From positions 24,207 to 56,206 of the forward strand of contig CAYJVY010000002.1 of the NCBI GenBank assembly GCA_964373795.1: a stretch of DNA of 32,000 nucleotides, in the 5' to 3' direction. This DNA comes from an uncultured archaeon. Lineage in GTDB: Archaea > Iainarchaeota > Iainarchaeia > Iainarchaeales > DATDZZ01. Numbering within the stretch: position 1 is the first letter of the stretch; the number at the start of each line of letters is the position of its first letter. Below, piece by piece: positions 17,353-25,887 of this stretch. A program made the position numbers and the translations under genes. Under the pieces are notes generated by a model, which saw only the letters and a list, made by a program, of their open reading frames with translations, did not search any database and was not told the DNA's origin.

Positions 17353-18008
17353 CTTTCTTTTGCAATTTTTAATTTAACTAATTGAGTCCATAAATGAACT
17401 GAATAATCAGATCTAACTCCGTGAATTTTTGCCTTGTTTTTTAATAATTTTTTTCGAAATTCCTCTAAATCCGAAGCGCCAATTTCAGTATAAGCTCTTC
17501 CAATTTCCCAAGGAGTATGAGCATCAGACCCAGCAATTCTATTCATTGAATGTTTTTCAGCAAAATCCTTTGCTTGAGAATTAAATCTTGCCAAGTAACA
17601 ACGAGAATTAAATACTTCAATCACATCTAATTTCTTCCATTCCTTTTCCAAGTACTTAAAATTTTTTCTAAAAACATCAAATGGATGAGACACGCCTACA
17701 ATTCCGTCTTGAGTTTTCACTTCATCCAATATGTCTAAATATTCTTTTGATTTTATTTGATCTGTTAAAAAAGAACACAAAAATTCTCCAGCGAATTTTC
17801 CTTGATGAAAAGTGTAAAGCTCTTGTCCCTGAATAAAAGTTACTTCGTGTTTTTTTGCAAGCTTGTTCAACTCACTCCAAGCCTTAATATTATTATGATC
17901 AGTTATTACAAATCCAATACCTAATTTTTTAGCTGCTTTAATCATTGTCTTTGGCTTGGTTAAAGCATCAGGAGAATACTTTGAATGAGTGTGAAAATCA
18001 ATTTTCAT
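17349..18008 (-). CDS. PHP-domain metal-dependent phosphoesterase
   Basis: Motifs: MKIDFHTHSKYSPDA, VITDHNN, GVSHPF, AGSDAHTPWEIG. Confidence 0.85.
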   Translation of the reverse strand: MKIDFHTHSKYSPDALTKPKTMIKAAKKLGIGFVITDHNNIKAWSELNKLAKKHEVTFIQGQELYTFHQGKFAGEFLCSFLTDQIKSKEYLDILDEVKTQDGIVGVSHPFDVFRKNFKYLEKEWKKLDVIEVFNSRCYLARFNSQAKDFAEKHSMNRIAGSDAHTPWEIGRAYTEIGASDLEEFRKKLLKNKAKIHGVRSDYSVHLWTQLVKLKIAKER

Positions 18009-18069
18009 AAAAAAAACCTTTAAGCACTGAAAAGGCAGTTGAATAATAAATTAAAGAAAGTGTTTAAAA

Positions 18070-18079
18070 TTTAAATATA
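18070..18079 (+). promoter_or_regulatory. Putative TATA box for the cysteine desulfurase gene (leaderless geometry)
   Basis: TTTAAATATA lies 20 nt upstream of ATG 18100. The TTG at 18082 offered by the ORF track would sit only 2 nt from this box. Confidence 0.3.
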
Positions 18080-18099
18080 GATTGGTTAAACTTACTATT

Positions 18100-19341
18100 A
18101 TGGGTTTTCTTGGATTTAACACTGAAAAAATTAGAGAAGATTTTCCAATAATTCAAAAAAAAGTTAATGGCAAACCAATAATTTATTTAGATAATGCAGC
18201 AACATCCCTAAAGCCAATTCAAGTAATAGAAAAACTAAATTATTACTATAAAGAATGCACTGCAAACATTCACCGAGGCTTACATAGAATGAGTGAAGAA
18301 GCCTCAATTCTGTACGAAGAATCTCATGCAAAAACAGCAAAACTAATTAATGCAAAAGGCTCTCAAGAAATTGTTTTCACTAGAAATGCAACTGAAAGTT
18401 TAAACTTGTTAATGTATTCCCTTCAAACAAAAAACTTTTTTAAAAAAGGAGACGAAATACTAATATCCAAAATGGAGCACCATTCAAACATTGTTCCCTG
18501 GCAATTTTTGGAAAAAAAAATAGGAATTAAATTGAAAACAATTGAATTAAATGAAGACTATACTTTAAACATGCAAGACTTTGAAAAAAAATTAAACGAG
18601 AAAACAAAAATTGTTTCAATAACACATGCATCCAATACTGTTGCAGCAATAAACCCAGTAAAAGAAATTACTGCTAAAGCAAAAAAAAATGGAAGCATAG
18701 TAATAATTGATGGCTCTCAATCAGTTCCGCACATGCCAGTAAATGTTAAAGAAATTAATTCTGATTTTCTTGTTTTCTCTGGACATAAAATGCTTGGCCC
18801 AACAGGAATAGGAGTCTTATATGGAAGAAAAAAATTACTTGAAGAAATGCCTCCATTTCTTTACGGCGGAGACATGATTACAGAAGTTCACTGGAAGTCT
18901 AGTTCTTGGAATGCATTGCCATACAAGTTTGAAGCAGGCACTCCAAACATTGCAGGAGGAATAGCTTTTGGAGAAGCAATTGATTACTTGAAAAAAATTG
19001 GATTGGAAAACGTTCGCAAACACGAAAAACAAATAACCAAGTACGCTTTGGAAAGAATTACTGAAATCAAAGGAATCAAAACATTTTGTCCACGCGATTC
19101 AAAAAAACAAGGCGGAATAATTTTATTCCAACATGAAAAAATTGAAGCACATGATTTAGCTCTCGCATTAGATGAAGCAAACAATATTGCAATAAGATCG
19201 GGAATGCATTGCGCTCAACCATTAGTTGAAAGCTTAAATCCAAAAGGATTGGCTAGAGCAAGCTTTTATTTTTACACAACAGAAAAAGAAATAGATTTAT
19301 TTGTTGAAACATTAAAAGAAATTGTTTCAATGCTTGCATGA
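18100..19341 (+). CDS. sufS: Cysteine desulfurase, SufS-like class V aminotransferase
   Basis: Motifs: IREDFPII, IYLDNAATS, IHRGLHRMSEEA, EHHSNIVPWQ, SGHKMLGPTGIGVLYG (PLP lysine), FEAGTPNIAG, IRSGMHCAQP (catalytic Cys loop). Confidence 0.88.
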   Translation: MGFLGFNTEKIREDFPIIQKKVNGKPIIYLDNAATSLKPIQVIEKLNYYYKECTANIHRGLHRMSEEASILYEESHAKTAKLINAKGSQEIVFTRNATESLNLLMYSLQTKNFFKKGDEILISKMEHHSNIVPWQFLEKKIGIKLKTIELNEDYTLNMQDFEKKLNEKTKIVSITHASNTVAAINPVKEITAKAKKNGSIVIIDGSQSVPHMPVNVKEINSDFLVFSGHKMLGPTGIGVLYGRKKLLEEMPPFLYGGDMITEVHWKSSSWNALPYKFEAGTPNIAGGIAFGEAIDYLKKIGLENVRKHEKQITKYALERITEIKGIKTFCPRDSKKQGGIILFQHEKIEAHDLALALDEANNIAIRSGMHCAQPLVESLNPKGLARASFYFYTTEKEIDLFVETLKEIVSMLA

Positions 19342-19383
19342 AAATACGATTAATTTAAAAGTTTAATTAATCAAATTTTTTCA

Positions 19384-20316
19384 ATGGTTGTTTGCATTAT
19401 TGCGTTCATTGTTTTCGCTTTTTTAGGAATATTTTCAATAAAATACAGAGAACTAGCAAGAGAAGCATTTGCATGCGTTTTAAACACTGTTACTCTAAGG
19501 CCTTGTACTACTGGTTTTGACAACAAACTAAAAACAAGGCTAAGCATTTCTTTTACAAGAATTCATCCAAAACTTGGAAAAATTTTGTTTCAAAACTTTA
19601 AAACAATTTCACTTATTTTCACCATACTATTACTTGCAAGCCTTGGATTCACTGTTTACAGTTTATACAACTTAATTGCTTTCGGCAATTGCTCTGGACA
19701 AACAAATAGTTTTTGCGTATTCAAACCAGAAACATACAACGAATTATTTTTTTGGCAAAACAATGAAGAAAACATTAAACCAATTCAACCAAATTATGAA
19801 AACCGAATTTCATTCAAAAACGCTAAAATAGAAGTAATAGAAGCAGGCTGTTTTGCATGCCCTTTCACTAGAAAAGCAGCGCCATATGTAAAAAAAATGT
19901 TAGCAGACTTTAATGGGCAAATAAATTTTTCATTTCATTACTTTCCCTTGCCTTCACATGCTTACAGCTTTGAATTAGCTGAAGCAGCTGAATGCGGCAG
20001 AGAACAAGGAAGATTTTGGGAAGTACACGACGCATTATTCATTGTAGGCGAGCAATGCTCTGAAAAACCAATTGAAATAAATCTAAAACAAGAATTAAAC
20101 AACGTAGTTGAAAGCCTTAAATTAAACAAACAACAGTTCACTGAATGCATTGAATCAAAAAAATTTTCAGCCAATGTTGAAAGACAAAAACAAGAAGCAA
20201 TTAATGCCGGAATTTATGGCACTCCAACTTTTTTCATAAACGAAAAAGTGCTTGTTTCACCTCAAAGCTATGAAGAACTCAAACAAAAAATTTTAGAAGA
20301 ACTTGAAAGCGCTTAA
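19384..20316 (+). CDS. Membrane-anchored DsbA-family thiol:disulfide oxidoreductase
   Basis: Two N-terminal hydrophobic helices, then a thioredoxin fold with active site GCFACP. DsbA-type helical insert: AAECGREQGRFWEVHDALF. C-terminal GIYGTPTFFIN (cis-Pro loop). Confidence 0.8.
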   Translation: MVVCIIAFIVFAFLGIFSIKYRELAREAFACVLNTVTLRPCTTGFDNKLKTRLSISFTRIHPKLGKILFQNFKTISLIFTILLLASLGFTVYSLYNLIAFGNCSGQTNSFCVFKPETYNELFFWQNNEENIKPIQPNYENRISFKNAKIEVIEAGCFACPFTRKAAPYVKKMLADFNGQINFSFHYFPLPSHAYSFELAEAAECGREQGRFWEVHDALFIVGEQCSEKPIEINLKQELNNVVESLKLNKQQFTECIESKKFSANVERQKQEAINAGIYGTPTFFINEKVLVSPQSYEELKQKILEELESA

Positions 20317-20378
20317 ACAATTTCTTGCACAGGAAAACCTTGGAAAGCTTTTTATACTCAGTTAAGAGCAATATCTTT

Positions 20379-21059
20379 ATGTGGATTGCAAAATTTAAGT
20401 TAAATCATGCTGATTGCCCAATTGTTTCAAGAGCAAAAAAATTTAATGTAACAGCTTTTTCCTATCCTTCTAATACATGTCAAAAAAAGGGAAGAACATT
20501 TGTTTCACAAATTTGCAAGGTTTTTGGCAAAGAAGAAAACAAATTAGACTACATTTATGACTTGAGAAAAGACAAGCATTTAACAAGATTTGAAATGCCT
20601 GAAAACGATGTATTCTTATACGAATTCAAATTAGATGAAGGCGAAAGATATGCACAGCTTTTTTTCAAAGACGGATTAATGCTTGTAAACCCTCCACTAA
20701 ATTCTCCTGACAACCATGAATACTGGGAAGTAGCTGCATGGGATAAAACAATAATTAAAAAATTTCACGACAATTTAACAAGCCACATGGATTCAACTGA
20801 AATGCTTAAAATTTCAAACAAAAAATTACGCGATGTTTATTTTCCAAATATTTTGCCTTCACTTTCAAATGCACAAAAAAAAGCACTAGAATTAGCGTAC
20901 ATGCATAACTATTATTCTTTTCCAAGAAAAACAGATTTACAAAAACTAGCAAAAGCAGCAAACGTACGCGTGGCAACCTTCAGAGAACATTTAAGAAAAG
21001 CAGAAAACAAATTAATGCCTGTTCTAGCAGAAAAAATCCAAAACCCGGAAGAATTCTAA
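20379..21059 (+). CDS. HTH_10 (bacterio-opsin activator-type) transcriptional regulator
   Basis: C-terminus LSNAQKKALELAYMHNYYSFPRKTDLQKLAKAANVRVATFREHLRKAENKLM matches the archaeal HTH_10 pattern LT.rQ...L..A...GY...PR......lA..l.vs..t..eHLR.aE.K. The ORF track begins at TTG 20325; ATG 20379 (MWIAKFKLNHADCP) is preferred. Confidence 0.8.
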   Translation: MWIAKFKLNHADCPIVSRAKKFNVTAFSYPSNTCQKKGRTFVSQICKVFGKEENKLDYIYDLRKDKHLTRFEMPENDVFLYEFKLDEGERYAQLFFKDGLMLVNPPLNSPDNHEYWEVAAWDKTIIKKFHDNLTSHMDSTEMLKISNKKLRDVYFPNILPSLSNAQKKALELAYMHNYYSFPRKTDLQKLAKAANVRVATFREHLRKAENKLMPVLAEKIQNPEEF

Positions 21060-21365
21060 TTACGCAGCAAATGTTAATCTTGAAACTTCCGAACCAAATT
21101 TTGAAGATAAAACTGCTCGAAGAACCATAACTGCTTGTATGTCTCTATCGGTAATTGAAAGTTTTTCTGCTGTTCTTTCAACAAGCTTGGAAATAGTTGC
21201 AAAAAGCTTTCTTGCAGAAGAGCCTTTTGCAGCAGGATTAACAGAACTGTGCAAAATTCTCGAAACTTCATTAATTGATTCCGCAGATGTCAAACGAGGA
21301 GGATTTTGACGCATTTCAGCAACTGTTTCTTGCAATGCAAATAACGCAAATTTTTTTGTAATCAA
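21060..21365 (-). CDS. Hypothetical protein, compositionally atypical (A/S/R-rich, K-poor)
   Basis: 101-codon ORF with a TTG start (ATG alternative at 21314). No motif recognised. It looks more GC-rich than the flanks. Its stop abuts the stop of the convergent regulator gene (TAATTA at 21057-21062). Confidence 0.4.
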   Translation of the reverse strand: MITKKFALFALQETVAEMRQNPPRLTSAESINEVSRILHSSVNPAAKGSSARKLFATISKLVERTAEKLSITDRDIQAVMVLRAVLSSKFGSEVSRLTFAA

Positions 21366-21457
21366 ATGCTTGCGTCGATATTTGAAAAAATCAATCCTTG
21401 AATATAATAACTAAGCATTTAACAAGTATATAAATTATGCGCAATTAAGGAATTCGT

Positions 21458-22051
21458 TTACAAAAGACGGTTATCTTTCAAATAATCAGATAATCGTCCA
21501 GCGTCTTTGAATTGCAATGTCTGAATGCCGTGCTGTTTTGCCATTTCTACTTTTTCAATGCTATCATCTATTAAAAGAATTTCATTTGGTTCAACACATA
21601 GTTGACTAATTACATATGGAAAACAATTTTTATCAGTTTTAAGCATATGGATTTCATGAGACCTAAAAACAAGATTCGAATAGGATTTTAAATCAATTAA
21701 CTCCTTTTCGCGTTCTGTTTGCCACTCATTTGTATCTGTAAGAAATGCTAATTTCTCTTTGGGCAACTTTGACAATATTTTCACCACCTCAGAGTCTATT
21801 CCAAATATGTGTTCATTATGGGCATGAACAATTTGTTTGTAAGATAATTTGACGCCAAATTTTTGAATTAATGCATTATAGAATTCTTTACCAGTGATTT
21901 TTCCACGACTAAAATCATTGTATTCTTTAATATCAAAAAATTCCGCAGCCCTGTCTTTTGGAACACCATACTCTTCAAGTATTCCATATGTTATTTTTTG
22001 GTTCGCAATAACAACAACATTTCCAACATCAAACACAATAAAAGTTGTCAT
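21458..22051 (-). CDS. HAD-superfamily hydrolase (subfamily IA-like)
   Basis: Motifs: TFIVFDVGNVVV (motif I variant DxGxV), FLTDTN (motif II), LLIDDSIEKVEMAKQHGI (motif IV). Confidence 0.75.
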   Translation of the reverse strand: MTTFIVFDVGNVVVIANQKITYGILEEYGVPKDRAAEFFDIKEYNDFSRGKITGKEFYNALIQKFGVKLSYKQIVHAHNEHIFGIDSEVVKILSKLPKEKLAFLTDTNEWQTEREKELIDLKSYSNLVFRSHEIHMLKTDKNCFPYVISQLCVEPNEILLIDDSIEKVEMAKQHGIQTLQFKDAGRLSDYLKDNRLL

Positions 22052-22072
22052 AATATTTACGAGTTTGAGTTA

Positions 22073-22082
22073 GTATATAAAT
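22073..22082 (-). promoter_or_regulatory. Putative TATA box for the HAD hydrolase gene (leaderless geometry)
   Basis: The minus strand reads ATTTATATAC, 21 nt upstream of the ATG at 22051. Confidence 0.3.
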
Positions 22083-22179
22083 CTTGATATAAGGAAAATT
22101 TCCACATATATGAGATATTGAAAATTCACCTTCTATGTGAGGTGGAAAAATCATTAATCGTGGCAGCCATTAAGTTTTA

Positions 22180-23142
22180 ATGCTGTCAAACCAGAAACAA
22201 AGGACTAATTTTTCAAATTCAAATGAAGTAGATGTTTCGCATCTCTTCAGCGAAACAAGAATTAATAGAAAAATAAAGGTTTTCCAAAACGAACACACAT
22301 ATGATATCCAACCAACAGTTAAAAATAATTGGATTTCAATTGCTTTTCGCGGATTTGAAAAACTTGCAAAATCAAAAGAAAAAATAAAAACATTTGCTTC
22401 TATTGGCACGAGTTTGGGAATTGATGGCATTGGAGCAAACGAAATCTTCAAGCCAAAAGAAATAATTTTAACTGATTTACATGAAAATGTTTTGCCTTTA
22501 GTGAAAATAAATTTCTTAAACAATTTAGGAGAAAATAAGCCAGAAAAATTCTTAGTATTGAAGGGAAATTTGTGCGAACCATTGAAGAGAAAAAAAATTA
22601 AAGCTGACTTGATTTACGCTAACCTTCCAAACATTCCATTCAAAGGAAACAAGGAAAAAATTTTTGAAGGAATTAAAACTTCTTCTTTTTTTGTTTCACA
22701 AAAAAACGTACCAAAAAAATTTGAGAAATTCCTATTAGCACATCAATATCTTTTTCTCCAGGATGCAAAAAACTCTTTAGCCAACAATGGAACAATATTA
22801 CTCAATATTGGGGCAAGAATGCCTTTTTCTGTCTTTGAAGAATTGTTTAAAGAAACAGGTTACAGAATTGATGAAATCACAACTGCTTTCAAAATGCAGA
22901 CAGAGGCAGAAGAAATGCTTAAAGGCTACGCTGAAGCCGAGAAAGAGTACAGAGTGAAATTTGATTTTTATCCATATGAAAAAACTTTGATATTTATTTC
23001 AGAAAACAGCGTGGAAGAAAAAAAACTCAAAAACTCCGTAAAGAAATTTAGAATTTCTGCAAGTGAGGCATACAAGCTACACAAAAAAGGAAAAAAAATA
23101 GGGCATATAGCGCACCTATTTCACGCCAAATTACAGGGTTAA
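22180..23142 (+). CDS. Divergent class I SAM-dependent methyltransferase (HemK/PrmC-like layout)
   Basis: Motifs: [15 protein letters not shown] (motif I-like), [11 protein letters not shown] (acidic end of beta-2), [12 protein letters not shown] (NPPY-like motif IV reads NLPN), [12 protein letters not shown]. The start is uncertain. The stop overlaps the metK stop within TTAA. Confidence 0.5.
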   Translation: MLSNQKQRTNFSNSNEVDVSHLFSETRINRKIKVFQNEHTYDIQPTVKNNWISIAFRGFEKLAKSKEKIKTFASIGTSLGIDGIGANEIFKPKEIILTDLHENVLPLVKINFLNNLGENKPEKFLVLKGNLCEPLKRKKIKADLIYANLPNIPFKGNKEKIFEGIKTSSFFVSQKNVPKKFEKFLLAHQYLFLQDAKNSLANNGTILLNIGARMPFSVFEELFKETGYRIDEITTAFKMQTEAEEMLKGYAEAEKEYRVKFDFYPYEKTLIFISENSVEEKKLKNSVKKFRISASEAYKLHKKGKKIGHIAHLFHAKLQG

Positions 23143-25694
23143 CCATCCAGTGAAACTTCTTTTCCTGTGCGAGCAGTAACAGTTAATTGCCCTGCTTCTT
23201 TTTTCAATACTTCAGCTTTATCTGTTTTCTCCCAAGTAAAATCTGGATCGTTTCTACCAAAGTGTCCATAGACTGCAGTTTTTTTATAAATTGGCCTACG
23301 CAAATTCAAATGCTGAATAATCAAGCCAGGCTTTAAAGGAAAATGTTTTCGAACAAGTTCTGAAATTTTTTCTTCAGAAATTTTATTAGTTCCAAAGGAA
23401 TGAACTAAAACAGAAACAGGATCAGCTACTCCAATGACATAAGCTAATTGAACTTCACATTTATCAGCTAAACCCGCTGCAACAATATTTTTAGCAATAT
23501 AACGAGCTATGTATGCTCCAGATCTGTCAACCTTGCTTGGATCCTTACCTGAGTTATGACAAACAAAGCCATTTGCTGTAAATGTATGAGCAAAAGGAAT
23601 GTTTAAATCATAAGTTTGAGCAAAAGAAGGAATCCTTCTTTTGAGTTGGGAATAATAATGCCCCATATAGAAAAGCCTTTGTAATTCAATAAAGTCAGAA
23701 TTATTTTTCAAAAGCACTTCATATGTCTCAATAAACTCTTCCAATTTTTCATATGTAAGCTCTTTTGTTGCCTTGCCTTTAGAACTTCTTGTAAAACGCC
23801 CAATTTTGCAAACATCTTTGCGTTGTTCAGCTAGTGGAAGTTGTTTAAACAATCTAATTATTCTTTGTCTTTGATTTGGAATAATTCTTAAATCCCTTTT
23901 TTCCGGAACAAATGATTCCAAAATTTTTTGCTTTCTTTTTAGATCAAACCCTATATGCTCCAAAAAAAGTTTAATGCTATGACTGCCCTTTATTACAACA
24001 TCATATCTTGGGTGAACTGAATTTATTTTTCTTCCTTTAATAAATCCTTTAAGACTTTTTTCAACTGAAACTTTATAAATTTTTGAAATTATGCCAAAAT
24101 TAAGCAACAACAATTGGACTTGTTCAGCTAATTTACTGCTAGTAGTTGCAAAATGAATACGCTTTGTGTTTTTATTGCGGCCATCCATACGAACAGAGCC
24201 ATCAGTGTCAAATAAACCTCTCAAAAAAGCAGCACAATTTTCCCTTGATGCAGTAAATATAGATGAAGGAACAATTTTTTCAAAAGATTTTTCATATCCA
24301 AGACCCAAATTTTTTAGATAAGCTCTGAGCTCGACTCCACCCAAATACGCCCAGTGACTATAAATTTTTCCTTTATCTCCAACAAGTTTTTCAAACAAGC
24401 CTTGCACAATTTGCTTCATTTCCTCTTCACAAACACAAACTCTAATGTCGCCAGTATTAGTGCATAAGCCATCACCAATAAGCAAACCCAACAAATAAGC
24501 ATAATCTTTTGTTAATTTTGTTGGAAAAACATACTTCTTTTTCCTACCCTCTGCAGTGCCTTCCAAATATTTGTAATTAAATTTTGGAATTTCATCAATT
24601 CCAAATAACCTATTCTTTATTTGAACAGCAACCCAGTCACCTACTTGTAATTCCCCTAAACTCTTCCAAACATAATCCCCTTTTCCATCAATAATTCTAA
24701 ACTTGTGATTTAATGTGGCTTCAACATTATAACCATCTTCAGTCAACATTATTTCAGTTGGCTTTAAACCATTATCATACCACTCACCAGCAGGCATTGG
24801 ATGAACATCAGTCTTTACAAGCAATCCTTTTTCTCCAATATTGCATTCATCAATTCTTAACATTCCTTTTTCAGTATTAATCAAAGCATTCCCAGCAATA
24901 CAAAAGCAACCGCCTCCATGAGCTCCATGCCCACCATAAGTGTCAACAATTATTTTTCTTCCAGTCAAACCAGAATCAGCTGCAGGGCCACCTAAAACAA
25001 ATCTTCCAGTAGCATTAATATGAAATTTTGTTTGATTGTCAAGCCATTTCCCACAAACAGGTTTAATTACTTTTTCAATAATTTCTTTCCTCAAAAAATT
25101 GTCATCAACTTCAGGATTGTGTTGAGCAGCAATTACAACTGTATCAACTCGAACAGGCTCGCCAGAATCGTATTCAACTGTTACCTGTGTTTTTCCGTCG
25201 GGCCTTAAAAAAGGTAATTCCTTTGATTTTCTAACATCTGCAAGTTTTTTTGCTAACTTGTGAGCTAAAATTATTGGCAAAGGCATGAACTCAGGGGTTT
25301 CATTAGTTGCATAACCAAACATCATTCCCTGATCTCCAGCTCCTTGTTCGTGAGCAGCAGTCTCATTCACTCCTTGAGCAATATCAGAAGATTGCTCGGA
25401 AATAGAGGAAAGCACTCCACAAGACTCCCAATCAATTCCATAATCAGGGTTATCGTAACCAATGTCTTTCAAAGTTTGCCTAACAATTTTTTGAATATCA
25501 ACATAAGTTTTAGTTGTCACTTCTCCAACAGTCATAATAAAACCAGTCTTAGTAACAGTTTCAACAGCAACTCTAGCATTAGGGTCGTCTTTATAAATTG
25601 CGTCAAGAACAGCATCGCTTACTTGATCACAAACTTTATCAGGATGTCCTTCAGTAACACTCTCAGAAGTGAAAAAATATCTTCCTTTTTTCAT
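23139..25694 (-). CDS. metK: S-adenosylmethionine synthetase, bacterial/eukaryotic type, interrupted by an intein
   Basis: Extein motifs: [65 protein letters not shown]|[38 protein letters not shown] 25694 is preceded by GGAGG (25703-25707) at 9-nt spacing. The ORF track starts at TTG 25700. Confidence 0.93.
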   Translation of the reverse strand: MKKGRYFFTSESVTEGHPDKVCDQVSDAVLDAIYKDDPNARVAVETVTKTGFIMTVGEVTTKTYVDIQKIVRQTLKDIGYDNPDYGIDWESCGVLSSISEQSSDIAQGVNETAAHEQGAGDQGMMFGYATNETPEFMPLPIILAHKLAKKLADVRKSKELPFLRPDGKTQVTVEYDSGEPVRVDTVVIAAQHNPEVDDNFLRKEIIEKVIKPVCGKWLDNQTKFHINATGRFVLGGPAADSGLTGRKIIVDTYGGHGAHGGGCFCIAGNALINTEKGMLRIDECNIGEKGLLVKTDVHPMPAGEWYDNGLKPTEIMLTEDGYNVEATLNHKFRIIDGKGDYVWKSLGELQVGDWVAVQIKNRLFGIDEIPKFNYKYLEGTAEGRKKKYVFPTKLTKDYAYLLGLLIGDGLCTNTGDIRVCVCEEEMKQIVQGLFEKLVGDKGKIYSHWAYLGGVELRAYLKNLGLGYEKSFEKIVPSSIFTASRENCAAFLRGLFDTDGSVRMDGRNKNTKRIHFATTSSKLAEQVQLLLLNFGIISKIYKVSVEKSLKGFIKGRKINSVHPRYDVVIKGSHSIKLFLEHIGFDLKRKQKILESFVPEKRDLRIIPNQRQRIIRLFKQLPLAEQRKDVCKIGRFTRSSKGKATKELTYEKLEEFIETYEVLLKNNSDFIELQRLFYMGHYYSQLKRRIPSFAQTYDLNIPFAHTFTANGFVCHNSGKDPSKVDRSGAYIARYIAKNIVAAGLADKCEVQLAYVIGVADPVSVLVHSFGTNKISEEKISELVRKHFPLKPGLIIQHLNLRRPIYKKTAVYGHFGRNDPDFTWEKTDKAEVLKKEAGQLTVTARTGKEVSLDG
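23553..24902 (-). mobile_element. 450-codon intein with a LAGLIDADG homing endonuclease domain inside metK
   Basis: Starts with Cys (TGT = revcomp of 24900-24902), [13 protein letters not shown] (block A). TLNH lies about 63 aa in (block B). LAGLIDADG motifs: [12 protein letters not shown] and [13 protein letters not shown]. Ends FVCHN (AAC = revcomp of 23553-23555), followed by Ser+1. Confidence 0.88.
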
Positions 25695-25887
25695 TAACAA
25701 ACTCCTCCAAACGATTTAATAAAACTCAAATATAAAACAATAAAGAAAGCTTTTAAATTAATAATTTTATGACACAATTATTCCAAAAAGAATAAAATTT
25801 TTTCAATCGTTCAGCAGATGTACTAATTCACTGCCCTCGGAAAAATATTCCCATAAGAATAAAAACACAACCAATTATTAGTGTATC

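Noticed and set aside
21364-21420. An 8-bp inverted repeat, AAATGCTT (21364-21371) and AAGCATTT (21413-21420).
   Set aside because: The 41-nt spacer makes a poor hairpin, and a single 8-mer inverted repeat in AT-rich DNA is within chance expectation. It could still be an operator for the adjacent orphan ORF, but nothing supports that.
22099-22148. An inverted repeat, TTTCCAC (22099-22105) and GTGGAAA (22142-22148), in the divergent promoter between the HAD and methyltransferase genes.
   Set aside because: It is only 7 bp with a 36-nt spacer and is not repeated elsewhere in the window. This is insufficient to call a regulator site or an RNA.
25701-25887. A possible SAM riboswitch or other structured leader upstream of metK.
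   Set aside because: The region is almost pure A/T with no GC-rich helices or conserved riboswitch cores. The SD (GGAGG) sits 9 nt from the ATG, and the only stem I found is 4 bp.
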